NCBI GenBank assembly: GCA_047495785.1
Contig: JBLDXI010000015.1
Span: 2,356,001-2,420,000, forward strand
Length of the DNA: 64,000 bases
Reading direction: 5' to 3'
Source: Lepidodermella squamata
Taxonomy: Eukaryota > Animalia > Gastrotricha
This document shows, piece by piece, positions 23,483 through 37,567 of this stretch (within the stretch, counting starts at the first letter, position 1; every line of letters starts with the position of its first letter). The notes beneath the pieces were generated by a model. The model saw nothing but the letters and a program-made list of their open reading frames with translations. It made no database searches and was not told the DNA's origin. A program made the position numbers and the translations under genes.

Positions 23483-25988
23483 TCATATTGCATGGTTAAG
23501 CGCTTCGGACTTATTCATCTCGAATTTCAAAGATCCTGAGTTGATCCAACATAGCTGCTGACTGTTGAATTGGAATTCGCACAACTGCCGGAACCTATAG
23601 CAAATAAATCGAAAAATGACAATAAAACCTAGAAATCCATCAATACCTGGATACATAACTTTGTGGTGCGCTGGAATTTTTCGCCTCGCAATCGGGATCG
23701 ACAGGTACAGCCTATTATTGGCCGCCACTTTCTGGCGACCCTCAGCCGACCCACTCGAACACATTGGCTGCGTATCATTGCTGCCATCGCCGGTAGCATA
23801 CAGCTCGTTGTCACTTGCCGCTACTCGAATATTGACGCGGCAATCGTCGCCTGGCTCGTTGGTGCCAGCGCTAGCCACTGAAAATACAGCCAATTCATTC
23901 CTCGAATTTTCTGGCAGTGATTTCTTAGGAAACAGCCGATTTGTAATTTCGAAACAAGGCTTATAACATCGCTGAAATATTTTTCTGAAATTAATATAAA
24001 ATAATTAATTAAATAAAAAAATTTACAACGATACCGTATCTCATCACGAAATGCTTGATTGAAAATGTAAAAAATCGGAAACGGAATCGCATTTGTTGCG
24101 AAATGAAGCAAATTCAAGTAAGGATTGATTGCTATCATAACGCCAGGATCCAGCGAAAAATTAGCGAAAAATCGCTGCTTCCAAAACGGCGGCAAGTAGT
24201 AGACCACAAAATAAGCCGATAATGGCAGTGAAAGGGCGAGAAATAGGACATTTTGAGCCAGCAACATGCGAGACATTCGCCGAGCCATTGCGAAATGCCC
24301 TCGATCCACTGCAAGTTTTCTTGGATGTCTATTTCTACCCGTCGGCTGTATATTCGCTAAATTTGGCAGCGATCCTCTTGGAAGACGTTGATAACTCGTA
24401 GCAGGAAAATTTTGAAGATCCAACGCAGCTAGAGTCGAGGAAAATCCTTGAAGATCGGTTATAGCCAACATTGGGAATCGCGAATTTTCTGAATTTTTCA
24501 ATTTTCGATTAATTTCCCTCAATTTTCCTGCTTGCTTCCAGCTTTTGAGAGTCAAAGCGATAGTTGAAATTGCGACCAGGGTGACTGGTAGTATTGTTGC
24601 TAGGGCGATGTCGATGAACTGATAAGCAGTGAATAGATCCATGTAACGATCATCAGGTCGACACAGGTTTGGCAGTGTTTCATTGGTAGTATCGCTTGCT
24701 TGATACTTGACGAGAAACGGATAGGGTAGAGAGAAAATGAAGCTGAGGAAATAGCTCGAACTCGCGATAGAAGTGGCAAATTTAACGGTGAATTTATTCT
24801 TGTAGAAGAATGGAGCCGCGACTGCAAGGAGACGATCGAAAGCCAACAGTACAAAATGGATTGAAGAGGCATAGGCTATAAAAGAAATTATAAGGAAGTG
24901 TTGTTTAACTTCGTTATAGAAATAAAATTTACCAAGCATGTAGGTCAAGGTCGTATGAACTCGGCAGCCGATTGGCGAATTTCGAATTGAGAGTTTCAAA
25001 ATTGCGTACAAGTAATTGTGAGGGGCGAAAGCTAAATGGATGAACATTTACGAAATTAATGAGTAATTATTGGACACGCATAATTTAGGGTTTCAGTAAG
25101 GTTTTGGGTGGAGGGTGCATCAATATCAGTCAAGAAAAGAACAACTATAAATTGCGAAAAAACTTGGTGAAAATTTAGCACTAGAATGCTTAAATTCAGT
25201 GCTGGAACCTGAATTTTAGCGGCGCCAATATTCCAACCCATATAAATTTAATGAAAAAATAAATCATTTTTAGCTATGAATATTTCCTGCTATGCTATTA
25301 AAATCAGCATTCATCTGGCTGAAGGAACGATGGAATTACCTAAGGTAAGAGAAAGAAGGCCAGCCAGAGCTTGGGATAGGATCAGCGCAGTTGTAGCATG
25401 GCTTTGTCTCCTCCTCCCCGCAAACACTGTCGCAATAAAATACGCAAAACAATAACAATTAATCAAGTTAAAATTGGCAAATTAGTAGGAAAGACTACCT
25501 TGGTGCCTACCAGCAATAATAAGCGAATTGCCGGTTAGTCCAATTACTAGCAAAATTGTTCCGCCAATCTTGTACACCAAGCGGTACGAATCCAACGATT
25601 CTTGATTCGCAACAAAAGCCGGCGAGAATTTAGCAAAATTTACACGAAACTCATGATCAGTTTTGATCGAAATCGAATTATTTTGCGATGAGTTATGATT
25701 AAAAACAACAGGCTGCCGGGTGTAGTTGAAGGACATTGCTGTTGTAGTCACGTCGTAACCATTATTTCTTGGCGATTTTTTTATTACTTTCGGTTCGTAA
25801 TACAGGTAAGGCATTCGGGTTATCACCGGCCGCCGGGTTTTCCGGATTCGGCTTTCAACTCGAATTCTAGTCGCAGTCGTAGTAGTAGTATTAGTTGAAT
25901 CGCCGATAGGTGATACGGTGGTACTGAAGTTTTCTCCATAGGCCAGAGCGAAAATTCCAAATATAGCTAACATCTTGAATAGGACCAT
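23483..25988 (-). CDS. Atypical class A peptide-type orphan GPCR with signal peptide and Thr-rich ectodomain (at least 4 exons; 3' end approximate)
   Basis: TM1 GLTGN, TM3 AFDRLLAV, TM7 NAIPFPIFYIFNQAFR; GT-AG introns near 25508/25427, 25340/25032 and 24034/23972 keep the frame. Confidence 0.8.
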
Positions 25989-26349
25989 GATTTTTCTCGT
26001 TTTTTATTTCAGTTATTTTTTTATTATAACATCGCAAAAAAATCGCATTTTTTGGGCCAATTAGTGCGGCTAGATTTTTGAAAAGATGAAATGGCGAAAT
26101 CTGCCGGCGATCTCCCTTGTAGGTCCCTCATTAATTTTGCCGGGTGAAAATAAATTGCCGGCATAGGTACATCTCTTTTATAATGATAAATTGAGACTAC
26201 TACTACTGCTATAAAATTCCGGCAAAATTTAGTGTGAGAAATAAATAGCCCTAAGGCGCGCGAGGCAATTAATGGTGAGATGATTCATCGCAAATCAGCA
26301 ATCATCATTCAGCGATGAGAAAATAACGAGTAACAACAGCCTAATTACC

Positions 26350-28423
26350 ATGATTTTTCTAGCATTATTTTCTCTGGAGATAGCGATCAGCTGCTCGATG
26401 GATATTTCGGTTTGGCGGGCGAATAACTCGTTGTTCGAGGATGCGATTATCGAAAATGAAGCAGATAATGAGGCGGAGGAGCATTATGTTCCTGTTGTTA
26501 TAGCCGAACACCACAATTTAGCCGCATCATCGCTGCATGAATTGCTGGAAATCCTAGAAACAACGGAGTACGACCAGCGATTCAGACCTCATTACATGGG
26601 TGAATTATTGAAAAATTAAAATTCCTATGTAAATTCGATTTTTCCTTTTATTCACCAGGATTGCCTGTTATTGTTTCTTGTTCCGTTTTCATCGGTAGTA
26701 TCAGTTCGATCAGCGAATTTAGTATGGACTATTCATTGGATTTCTATTTCCGCCAGTCGTGGGAGGATTATCGATTAAAGTATGAATAAAAAATAATTAT
26801 TAAAATTAAAAAATAAATTTTTCTTCAGGTTTAATTCTTCAGATGACGAAGCCGTAAATTTACCAGGCGATCAACTTTCCGATTTTTTCTTCATTTGGAT
26901 ACCAGATACAACTTTTCCGAACGTAAAAGACGCAATGACTCATCACGTGACTCGCGAAAATGGGTAACACTTAAATCCAAACAGCGTGTCCCTGAAATAA
27001 CCAACTATTTTTTATTCGGCAAAATTCAACTAATTCAACTTTGTTTTTTAAAATTGGACCCACCGAGAGAAAATGCCATCTTTTACCCGTGATTAAACCG
27101 CAGAAATAAAAATGAACCGGCGAAAACCCGGAAAACCCCGACGGTAACTCGTTCGGTAATTTTCGGTATTTTACCCAGTCGAAAAAAATTTATCCGGACT
27201 TTTTTAATCCCATAACAAGTAACAAGTGACTATTCTTGCGATTTTTTGAATTTTTCTAAAAATTATCTGGCCAAGAGCTACGACTTCGTAGAGTTTCATT
27301 TTAGAGTTTAGAGTCTGAACCCTTTTCCGTGTATTTTCATTGCTTGCGTTACTTATGGGACACGCTGTATCTAATTATATGAAAGATGAATTCATCAAAT
27401 TTGTCGCAAGGTTCCTGCGAGTTTTACCTCATGGCCACGTTAAAGTTTCAATGCGAATCAAAATAACAGCGAGTTGCCCTATGGTTTGTTACTAAGGAAA
27501 ATTAAAAAAAAAATGCGTCCTTAGTTACCAATTTTTTCAGGATTTGAGCGACTTTCCTATGGATACGCAGGTATTTCATTTATCAAATTTAATTAAAATT
27601 TAATCCAATTTATACGAAGATATGCCCTCTTCACATTCAATCCTACTCACTGCCAGTTGAAGATGTGATTTATGAATGGATCCGCGACGAATACCAGCCA
27701 ATTTTTGATCCGAAAAACGCCGTTTCTTTCAGCGACGACGTGACAAAATTGACAAGTTTCGTGCTGATCGGGTTCAAAATTCAGGAGAAAATAATTTCGA
27801 CCCACGACGGTTACAACCACTCGCGGCTAACTATACACATGTACTTCAGCCGAAATGTTGGCTACTACCTCATTCAAGTCTACCTGCCCGCCAATCTCAT
27901 GGTCGCCTGCAGTTTTGTCTCATTCTGGATCCCGCGGCATTCGTCCCCAGCTCGTGTTACCCTAGGCGTGACGACCGTTCTAGTTTGCGTCACGCTAAGC
28001 GGCCAGCAGTACACCTACATGCCGAAGATATCGTATTTGAAATCAATCGATATTTACCTGATCGTATGCTTCGCCACAGTTTTCCTGGCCCTAATCGAAT
28101 TCGCCGTTGTTTCGTATTCGCTGAGCCATATTAAAAAGCTGGCGAAAAAGCGTCGGCAGCATTTGATAGATTCAGCAGCTGCGGATGTTGACAACATTTA
28201 TTGCCCGTTCATGATAGATCCGAACGATGAACTGCTACGGCAGAGTGCGATAGCTGCGAGGTGGTACAGCCAGCTGGTTAGCAGGATTGAACTCGCTTCT
28301 CGGGTCGTATTTCCGTCGTTTTTTGTCGCGTTCAACGTCGCGTATTGGTACTCTTTCTACACGCATCATAGATCGCACGAGAGTAGCCCTGGTTTCATAT
28401 CAATAGCGAATGATAGTGGTTGA
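26350..28423 (+). CDS. Cys-loop ligand-gated anion channel subunit (GABA-A/glycine/GluCl-like), ~6 exons
   Basis: YDQRFRP, MDYSLDFYFRQSW, Cys-loop CPMDLSDFPMDTQIC, M2 SPARVTLGVTTVL (PAR anion motif), M4 SRVVFP...FNVAYW. Confidence 0.9.
26982..27367. mobile_element. Tc1/mariner-type MITE in a channel intron; family also at ~48860-49070, ~53000-53285, ~55500-55640, ~57750-58081
   Basis: TIRs CAGCGTGTCCC...GGGACACGCTG followed by TA; internal motif GGTAAAATACCGAAAATTACCGA shared with the other copies. Confidence 0.75.
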
Positions 28424-28712
28424 GATTTTTATGTATCTATGTCTTAGGTTTAGAAATTTAAATAAAAACTTGCTTTTATATTTTCGGATAGCTTTTCGAC
28501 AATCATTTAATTATGATTTTCACATGATCAAATAGCTTTTTTTCTTTCAATACAGGTAAATTTTTGGAAATTTCACAAATCAAAGCGTTGATGCGATTTT
28601 TGCTAAAATTAAATTAAAATTTTAGGTAGAGACTCTTTTATAACTGAAGTTGGAACTGAACTTTCCGTTTCAAATCGGACCAATGATCTCTGAGGAGGAT
28701 AATTACATCATG

Positions 28713-28886
28713 CAAGGTTGTGATAATCGAAAGAAAAGTGCAAACTTTGAGTCTTGAAACATTCGAATGGGTGATCCTGGCGGGCCAATTTTTCTACCCC
28801 AGGTATTGCTAACGTCAGGAAAAATTTGGCCCTCATCGGGTCGCTAATTGTCGCAAATTCACACTTTTCCTTCGATCACAGCCCTG
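28713..28886. mobile_element. Short MITE related to the 11429-12346 TIR family
   Basis: Imperfect TIR CAAGGTTGTGAT..CGAAAGAAAAGTG / CACTTTTCCTTCGATCACAGCCCTG. Confidence 0.6.
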
Positions 28887-30587
28887 ATGATGTTTCAATA
28901 ATAATAAAAATAATAAAAATAATTTTGACATTGTTCCGTCTTCGCCCTTGGTGGGCTAGAATGAGGCCAATGTCGTAGTCACAAGTGACCTCTTCCAGCA
29001 GCAAAATGTCTCCCGTCTCTCGACACCCTTCGAAAAACTAAAGATGCTTTTGAGAATGAATGATACTCCGTCTAAGCCTGGAGCCATTGCCCAGAAAATA
29101 TCCAACATGTAACAAATGCTGAGATTATCTAGTTAGAGTGGGCAATTGGCGATTTTTCGCCCGGTGCAGATCACATTTTTGAGGGACTCAAAAGGCAGAG
29201 AGGAAAATGTTTCGAATTCCCCGGTTAATTCAAATTTTGGGAATTTACACGCAGGGGAAATAAAAATCCGAATAATTCGGGTAATTTTCGTGTGAAATAT
29301 TGGATAAAAAGGTGAGAAACGCAAAACGGAAAAATAATTATCCGAATTATCGGTACTTATTAGCTGGGTCAGATTTTTCATTCCATTTGACATTTTTCAC
29401 AGTTATTCTCATAGAATTTGATTTTTTTTTACAACCATCAGCATCAATTGTTTAGATAGGCTTGAAGAACAATAACTATACACGACCTCATGACCTGTTA
29501 ATTATCGCGCTTATTACTGTATGGACTACAAAATCAATAGTAATACGGCGCATAAACAATGCAGGGCACGCATATATTTTAGTGCGCGCGCAAGAGAGGC
29601 GCTTTTATCGATTGCGGCAACGAACGCGCCGTAGTAGTAGTAAACATAGTAAACAACCGCGCAGTAAACAACCACAGCATAAACCAGCAGAAGTATATAT
29701 CAGTGTGCAGTTTGCCGAGAGGAAGCAGGCATATGCTCTGCATGAATGTGGCCGAGCATCCCATCATATATACAGCCCTTTTGCATTTCTAAATGTATGC
29801 ATATTATTGTATTCAGAAGATCAAACTCTACGCCTCGAAATACAGGCTTTTTCTCCCGAGTTTTACGATTTTCCTTGAATTTTAGAAGCATTTTTTTTTC
29901 AAAAAGGAAATAATCGGCAACTCGACATATTCTGCTCGTTTCATTTTCCGTCTTTCAATCTTAAAAATCATCAAATTTTCCTCAATTAAAATTCAGATGC
30001 CAATCAAGTTCCGCGCCGTCTTCGTCATTGCTACAACAAAAATAATCGCACCCATTCTCTGGTCTTTATTCGAAATATCATGGTTTATAACCGGATTTTT
30101 TCGTCTATTTTTTGCGTTAGAAAATTTTCTTAAATCGTCGCCACATACATTCATATTTCTATAATCTTGAAAATTGAAATCTCCGTGGTGCAATCAGTGT
30201 TTCTTAAACGGTGTATTTTCGCTTCCGGCTGGTTTGTGACTGGACCCCGATTAGCTTATCTATTTCCTAAAATTAGCTAAAATATCCATGAGCTGTCGGC
30301 GAACACAATGGACGATGGATGGTTTATAGGCAAGCGAGAAACAATTGCGATAAAGTGATTAATTCCTTGGACGAGTTCAATATCGCTGGAAATCGTGCCC
30401 AAATTTTGTAATATCCTAATTAATAACTTATTCCCAGGAAAAACCATTCGTATAGATATCGACAGACCTCTGGCGTAAAATCGGTGTTTGAAAATCCGGA
30501 AGGCCGTAGAATTTACAGCGCGTGCTTAATTTAGAACTGATCAATTTTTTGCAAGCGATCAATCAAATCAAATCAAATAGCGCGAGT

Positions 30588-31288
30588 ATAAAGTGTGCTC
30601 AAACTTTTTTGCCGCGCATTTTTTGAATAAGTAACTTTACAACCGTAAGTGATGCGATGACGCGGTTTTCAGCAAATTAAGGAGTAGATTTGGTCTGATT
30701 ATTACCTTGGAGCTTGTTTTAAAAAGATGCACCTTAAAAAAGTTCATAATTTTTGAAAAATGAAATTTTTGCATCTGGTGTCGTCTGAGTTGATTGCCTC
30801 CCTTGCCATCAGAGGCTTCCAAGATTTTTTGAGAGACGGTCCGTGAGAGTCACCGATTCCTGAAAAAACATTGTCCAAAAATCCGAAATTCACGGTTTTA
30901 TAAAGTTGGCACAGACCACTCAAAAAATTCCGCAAAATAATTTCGGATCGCGCTTGGTGGATAAGACCTTCTCTGTAGTCAAATTTTCCTGTTATTGACC
31001 TAATTCCTAGGTCAGAAAAATTTCCGATAAAACCTTTGTCACAGAATGATGCCATTCAACCTCAAATACTGCTAAATGCCATTTTTCAAAAATGAGAATT
31101 TTTGATAAAAAGTGTGGACAGCATTTTCGACATCAATTTTTTCTCTCAAACCCTATTCTAACAACAATTTGAGAATAGTTTTTCCTAGACTAGATCTATC
31201 GACTGGCGGAAACCGCATTGAAAACTTCCTCGTGGTTATCAAGTTATTGAATAAATCGAGGCATCAAAAGTTTGAGCAAACTTAATAA
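30588..31288. mobile_element. Degenerate Tc1-like MITE
   Basis: Inverted termini AAGTGTGCTCAAACTTTT / AAAAGTTTGAGCAAACTT. Confidence 0.5.
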
Positions 31289-31995
31289 GGATCATCTTTT
31301 AGTTTGCACATTTATCACCTATTTATTTATCCTTGTTTGCCTGTCATATTTTGCGTAAAATTTTCTAAAATCCGAGTAATTTTTCACAATATTTAAAATC
31401 ATCAGTGTGAAATTGGTCACGCCCGGTTGGAAAATTTATCAAAATTGCGTCTCAGGTCTCAGGAAAGGAAAATCTTTTCGCAGACCAACATTTTACCTGC
31501 AATGCTGAGGATTTTCTATGGCATATCTATTGGTCTAGATTTCAACTTGAGACGCAATTTTCGCGGTCAGTATGATATTGTGCATCAGCCGAAAAGTTCC
31601 ATTCAAAAAGAACACCAAAACAACTCTTGACTCATTGTTTGCACATAGAGAAGTGAACACTCAAATGGAACGCGTGCGTTTTCTAACGAATGACGGATAC
31701 ACGTGACACTTTTTTTTACGATTTCTTTCACCTAATCGTAATAACACGCACCACATAAAATAATACAGGCAATGCATTGGAAATTAGAAACGAAATTCCT
31801 ATTTTTAACTGAATTCAGTCCGAAGCTGAAATACGGTGAAATGAGGCAAGGCGAGCTCTTCGCCGATAAAATACACTGGAGCTAATTTCTGGGCTGCGCA
31901 CATTTCAGCCGAATTTCTGCCAAGCCATGCTTTATTGCTATTGTTCTACGCACTGCGCTGAAATACGCTGAAATTCTGAAATCAAAAAGGTTTTC

Positions 31996-32583
31996 CAGGA
32001 CTTGGTAGAGCCTGAGTTTCACTTTATTTACTGCAGAATTGCAGTATATTTCAGCTTAAATAATTGTTTTATCTGCAAATAGCTACAATTTTACGCTAAA
32101 ATGTTATTATAATCGTGCTTTGAGTTTGGCAGCTTCGAGTTTTAGCAACTATTGCACGTTGAAAAGGGCTAAATTACCCTCCGATTAAAAGTGTGCATAT
32201 GCAAATACAAATGTTCATAAGTTAGCTAGTGAATTCAAGACCCGATCCAATAACAAAATATCAAGAAATTTGTAAGTTATTTTTATGATCACCCGTTTTT
32301 TTAAATAATTCTATATTTTAGGTCCCTCTTAGGTTTGATATTTTCTTGTGGGTTGAATTTTAATTTCTTTTAAACATTCGATTTTCAGAAATTATGACTA
32401 TCATGTGAATGGTGATTAATTATTAGGAAATTGTCGGCTTTCAAAATTTCGAGATTTTAAATGAAAAATGAAAAAAATCTAACATGGTCGGAAAAATGCT
32501 GAAATATTATAAGCTGAAATGTGCTGGAAAAACGCTAAGCTGAAATCCATTGAAATCCATTCAGCTTATTCGGTCCCGGTCTG
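31996..32583. mobile_element. Non-autonomous hAT-like element, copy 1
   Basis: Colinear with 37568-38305; CAG...CTG ends; many subterminal GCTGAAAT motifs. Confidence 0.6.
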
Positions 32584-33555
32584 CGAACTGGACTGAATCA
32601 TATCAAATCGTCAGTTGGAAACAATTTTCAGACAAAATTGCGATAAATCAGTCCTTAAAAAAATTGAAGAGTTCGAGTCCGAGATGCCTGCTATAAACAT
32701 GGGGGAATTATTTTCCTTCCATCAGCTTGAATTCTTGTCAGCTAATTTCGATAGAATTGAGCCGGTAGTTGGTAGTTGGCCAACGACTCGGTTTTTTGTG
32801 CCGTTTTGCTGCGAGCCGCTCTTCTTCACCGAGCTGCCGATCGTTCGATTGCGCCGGTGTTAGGAAAGCCATTGAAATACCAGTTGAATCAGCTGAAATG
32901 TGTCCGCTCGGCCATCGTTTCTGGCCGTCTGATCGGTCTATGATTGCTTTCTGAAGACTTTTACGCCCGCGGCTGTGAATAAATTTAATGAGCACATGAC
33001 TAAATAAAATAAAGTTGAATGACTCTTCAAACTCGCCTTCAGAGCTTTTGATCGGGTGAAAAATCAACTGTAAATCCTCATTTCCAACTTAAAAATTCTC
33101 GGAATAAATAGAATTAAATTGAATCTTGTCATTTTCTAACCTTCGAAAAACCGTCGAAAAAAAGTGCCGCGATTTTTTTCCTGTCATCGCATGAATCGAT
33201 TGTAAATCGATCGCGTGTGAATCGATCGCAAAACAGAGAAACCAAAAAAACGCGCGCAAGGCTTTTATGTGTTGCGAAACTCATTCGATTGTATCGAAAA
33301 CTCGTGCGCATCTATCATCGCGCGCGGATCTCGAAAACGGGCGCTCTCGGTGCCTTTATAAGATAGATTATTTGATCCACTTTGTCATTAACATCTTCTT
33401 TTTATCGCCTCATCGAAGGTTTGGCTCCCTCGCGTAGCCATTGTCAACTAAAACCTAACAAGAGTTACAGCATTTGTATTATTATTTTTATACTCGAAAC
33501 TATAATTTTTATGTTTTTGAAACATTAGTGTTATTGAGTTTATAATATTATTCCA

Positions 33556-34096
33556 ATGGACACTAGTACCACAGGTCTAGCCGATGTGGTAGCCGAATTG
33601 CGTACTCTAAACAAGACGACGGCGGAAATCGTTGCCGCGCAGCTGGCTATTCAACGTGAATTTGTCGAGTTACGGCGTGAAATGGCCGCGTCACGGCGTG
33701 AAATGGCCGCCGGCTTTCAACAGCTGCGCGGCGAAGTCCACCAGCAGGTGGTAGATGTAAGTGGCCCAATTTCTGTTTTCAGCTATCAAATGAAATGTTT
33801 CGCAGTTATTTTCGTCAAGTGATTCGAAGCAAGGTAATGATGGTAGTGTTTGACTTAGTGCTTGACGTGGTGCATGTAATTCCTCTTTGCGTTATATAAT
33901 TGCTGTGATTAGTCTTATGTTGTATCTTTTGTTTTAAATTCGAATTTTCCGATGATAATTATTTTACCCCTGTTTTTTTCTGTTTTCAGGCAGTTAAAGA
34001 AATAAAAAAACCCACTGAAATGGTAAGAATATGCGAAATTTCCACTTTTCTCATTTTGATTTTTTGTATTTTTGATTTCAGGAGCTCAACGAATGA
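33556..34096 (+). CDS. Small coiled-coil protein (~82 aa); exons 33556-33756, 33990-34022, 34082-34096
   Basis: TATA-like TTTATAAG at ~33355; heptad-rich ORF; strong GTAAG donors and TTTCAG acceptors, phase 0. Confidence 0.55.
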
Positions 34097-36238
34097 CTTT
34101 GTTCTAAAACATTAATATCTTAAATGTGAATTCATGATTGTAAAATTGCGATGAGAGGATCAATTTAGTCAGCCATATAATATAAGCGTTTCTCATGTGT
34201 AATTTAGGTTATGCTTGATTGATTTCAATCTTAACTGGAGTAAGGTCGCAGCAACGGTCAAGGTGCGCAGCTGTTCTAGCCCGGAATTCGTTAACAGTGA
34301 GCTTTTTCTAATACCTCTTGGTCTGTCTAATCCAGTTCATTTCAGACATTGGAAATCTGCGGTGCATATTTTGGTAAACCCAGCTTCAAACTTCCGATGG
34401 TACCAGGAGCTGATAACATCAACGATTCCTACTAAAAATGACTGAAAAATTTGCTATTTTCTGTGATTTTCTGATTTCGTTAATGTCTATTTGATATAAC
34501 AAACCTGAAATAAATTCATCAAGCAATAATGAATAAAAAAATAACGACTTGATGAGTTGCGTTTTTGCTCTTAGCTTCGCTTTTTATATCGATGGCGATA
34601 ACATCAAGGTAGGGAAGCAAAACTCATAGAAAACTATGGTCGATGACTGCACGCCTAGTTCCGGACATGTTCGAAAAAGTGAGTGCACGCCATAGTCAGA
34701 ATGAGTATTCTCTTGAAGCCTAAATTTAAATAAGATTCCTCCTCAATAATTCGAAAAAATCGGTTTGCGGTAAAATGCTCCCTACGATTTTTTATTTTTC
34801 ATGCGTGATCATTGAAATCAAGGTGAGTGGATTTTTTGCATTTGATGCTATTAGAGATGCGGCGATTTCCTTTACGTCCTCCTAGAAATCCTCGCTCCAG
34901 AAATTCAGATTCGAATTTTCAAAATATCTTTGGAAGCTTTGAATAAATTATAAGTTAAGCAGGTTGCAGCTTGATCAGTTGGTATATTGAAAATCCCGGA
35001 AAGGTAAAAAATGCAGGTTGGGTTTCAATGACTAAATAATGACTAAATTATTCGCCAATCATCTACCCTAAAACCACAATACGAGAAGATTCGCGATAGG
35101 CGATAGATGAGAAATTGCTGCAACGTTTTCTAATCTAAGATTCGAAATTCCCGATAGTTTTCATCTTTGAATCTTCAGGAAGACATCCTATTAGCAACGG
35201 ACCGCCGACTGTGGGTTTTAGATTCACCTGGACCAGATCCTCAAACGTAGACCCGTGGACGACTAAGATCATCAACGATGATGTTTGAAGATGAGATCAG
35301 ACACAAATCAGATCAAAGAGTATTTCGCGTGATTGAGTCCGAAATCTCTGAGTCGAATTTCGTTACTGCTAAGCACTATACACGGAACTCTTCTGAAAAT
35401 AATCTCTCTTAATTTGGCTAAATGAGAGGCTGTATATTAACCCTTTCAGTACCGACGGACAATTTTGTCCTTCTCTGCAGAGAACAAGAGCAAATTATTA
35501 ATAATATATTTTATACGTGGTACCCAGGTATATATTATTATATACAGCATCAGTGTTCCGATTTTTGCCCACTGGACCACGCTCAGTGGCAGACACAAAA
35601 AAATATTCCTTATTAAAACCATTGAGAAAAGGGGTAGGGGTATAGTTGATCGGCGTACACTTTTAAGACCTTATGAAGCCTGCCAGGTTTAGGGATTTCT
35701 CGAGTTGAAAATTCGCAATTTTGTTGCTTTCATATCAAAAATTTTGCTCGCTCCGCTCGCTGATATCCATTTTCCTTTTATTTTCCATTCTCCTAGGCCA
35801 ACAGTTCCTATTCTCAGTAGAACCAATTTTCAATGATCTGGAATCTGGAATCTGTCCGGAAGGGAGTTAGATAGAGACCTAAACTTCCTTCCAGTTAAGA
35901 GAAAAACCAGCTTCGAGATGCTCATTTTTTGCTTCGTCGGAGGCGAATCGCCGAAAAATCGGCTCGCTCCGCTTGCCTTCTGGTCCTATATTTTTATTTC
36001 CCTGATTTTATAAAAGGCAATCCAAAAGACCTTACTCCCCTAGAACAGCATTGAAGACTCAGAGATCAGGCTTTAAGCTTTAGGAAATAACATCTGCGAT
36101 TTTTTAATCGCGTATCAACTAGTTTCGCGAATTTTGCGAACTTCGAACCAATGTACAGCAGCTTAGCGAAACAATAAAGAAAAATTTAAAAAGAATTAAA
36201 ATTGGCGTACACTTTTTCACAATTTGTTTCCAGTGGCA

Positions 36239-36749
36239 GACACTGGGTGTATTTCACCGCCTTGAAAATAAATAAATTTTCATTGTGAAATTCCATTTTT
36301 ATTTAATTTGGGAGCGTATCGGGGTCGAAAAACTAGAGCCAAAAGCATCATATTTTCAGGATCTTTGTTGTTCTCGGACGCAGGGATTAGAATATTCGTC
36401 CGAAAATTCATTTTTTGCCCGTGTCGCCATCCACCCCCGACACGTTCGGAGAGGCTGCAAAAATGGTATGGCACCGCGTGCATCGCTACTTAATCCACAT
36501 GTCCGTCTCTTTTGGGCACCATCCACCCGCAAGACAACCCAGAAGCCGCCCTGAGCGCGGCTTAAAAATGCGTCAGATGTGCATCGAAGCGCATCAACAG
36601 AGAAATTGGGGGCTGCCTAATACCGGGTGGTGCCCGTTTGGCAAGAATTAAGACGCGAAAAAACAGCTTGGCAGAATTTAAACAAGTGTGTCGATCGTAT
36701 TTCACCATTTTTTATATAATTTTTAAGGCGGTGAAATACACCCACTGTC
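36239..36749. mobile_element. MITE with ~30-bp TIRs
   Basis: GACACTGGGTGTATTTCACCGCCTT...AAGGCGGTGAAATACACCCACTGTC. Confidence 0.65.
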
Positions 36750-37171
36750 GAGTCGCGAAAAAAATCGGAGGACTGTACAGCATACGGGACGCATGCGTGC
36801 GCGAACAGTTGAGCAATCATTTGTCCTCGAGCAATGCGCGCGCGTTGGTGGTTGCGCCGTCTCGGATCAAAAATAATCTCTTGAAAAGCGAATCAAACTC
36901 TTCCATGATTTACAAAGGCGGTCAAGGAAATGATAATGAGCATCTTGAAAAAACTGCATCGCAAACTCTCTCTATAATTTTGCGAAAAGTATGCGCTAAC
37001 ATTTTGCCGTCGAATTTTTTGTTGAAGGCCGTTTTTTGTGAAAGCCGCGATGTTTCAGATCAATGTAATTCAAAAATTCAAAAATTTTTCACAAAGCATG
37101 CGTAAGAGGATTCTAGAAAGGCGGCGCAATGGCGAAAATTGTTCCTATGTGTAAGTAAGCAAATGTGTTTT

Positions 37172-37460
37172 GCGCTACGACGCAAGTGCGCGTAGTAGAG
37201 CCGTGTTCGTCGCGGGGATTCTCGCTTAGTGATTTTTCTTGAACGGCGCTTGTGGCCTGCCATCTAATTTAGACCCTGGGCTATCGAATGAAATAAATAA
37301 ATCGAGAATCAACCGGGCGGATAGGGAGCACCCGGGCGCCAAAGAGTCGCCCTTTTATGGGCGCTACGACGCAAGTGCGCGTAGTAGAGCCGCGTTCGTC
37401 GCGGGGATTCTCGCTTAGGGATTTTTCTTGAACGGCGCTTGTGGCCTGCCATCTAATTTA
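37172..37460. repeat. Two 100-bp GC-rich direct repeats (37172-37271, 37361-37460) around an 89-bp spacer
   Basis: Only 2 mismatches seen between the copies. Confidence 0.85.
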
Positions 37461-37567
37461 TAATTTCCAGTCAAAAGCTTCATTTGAATGTTAGGCGAAA
37501 GCAGAGGAAACAGGAATTACACATTTTGGCGGGTTATCATTACATTTTTTAAGGTTGGTTCTCTCAG

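Noticed and set aside
35180-35330. Possible RTE-LINE 3' coding remnant
   Set aside because: Similarity too weak to support a call
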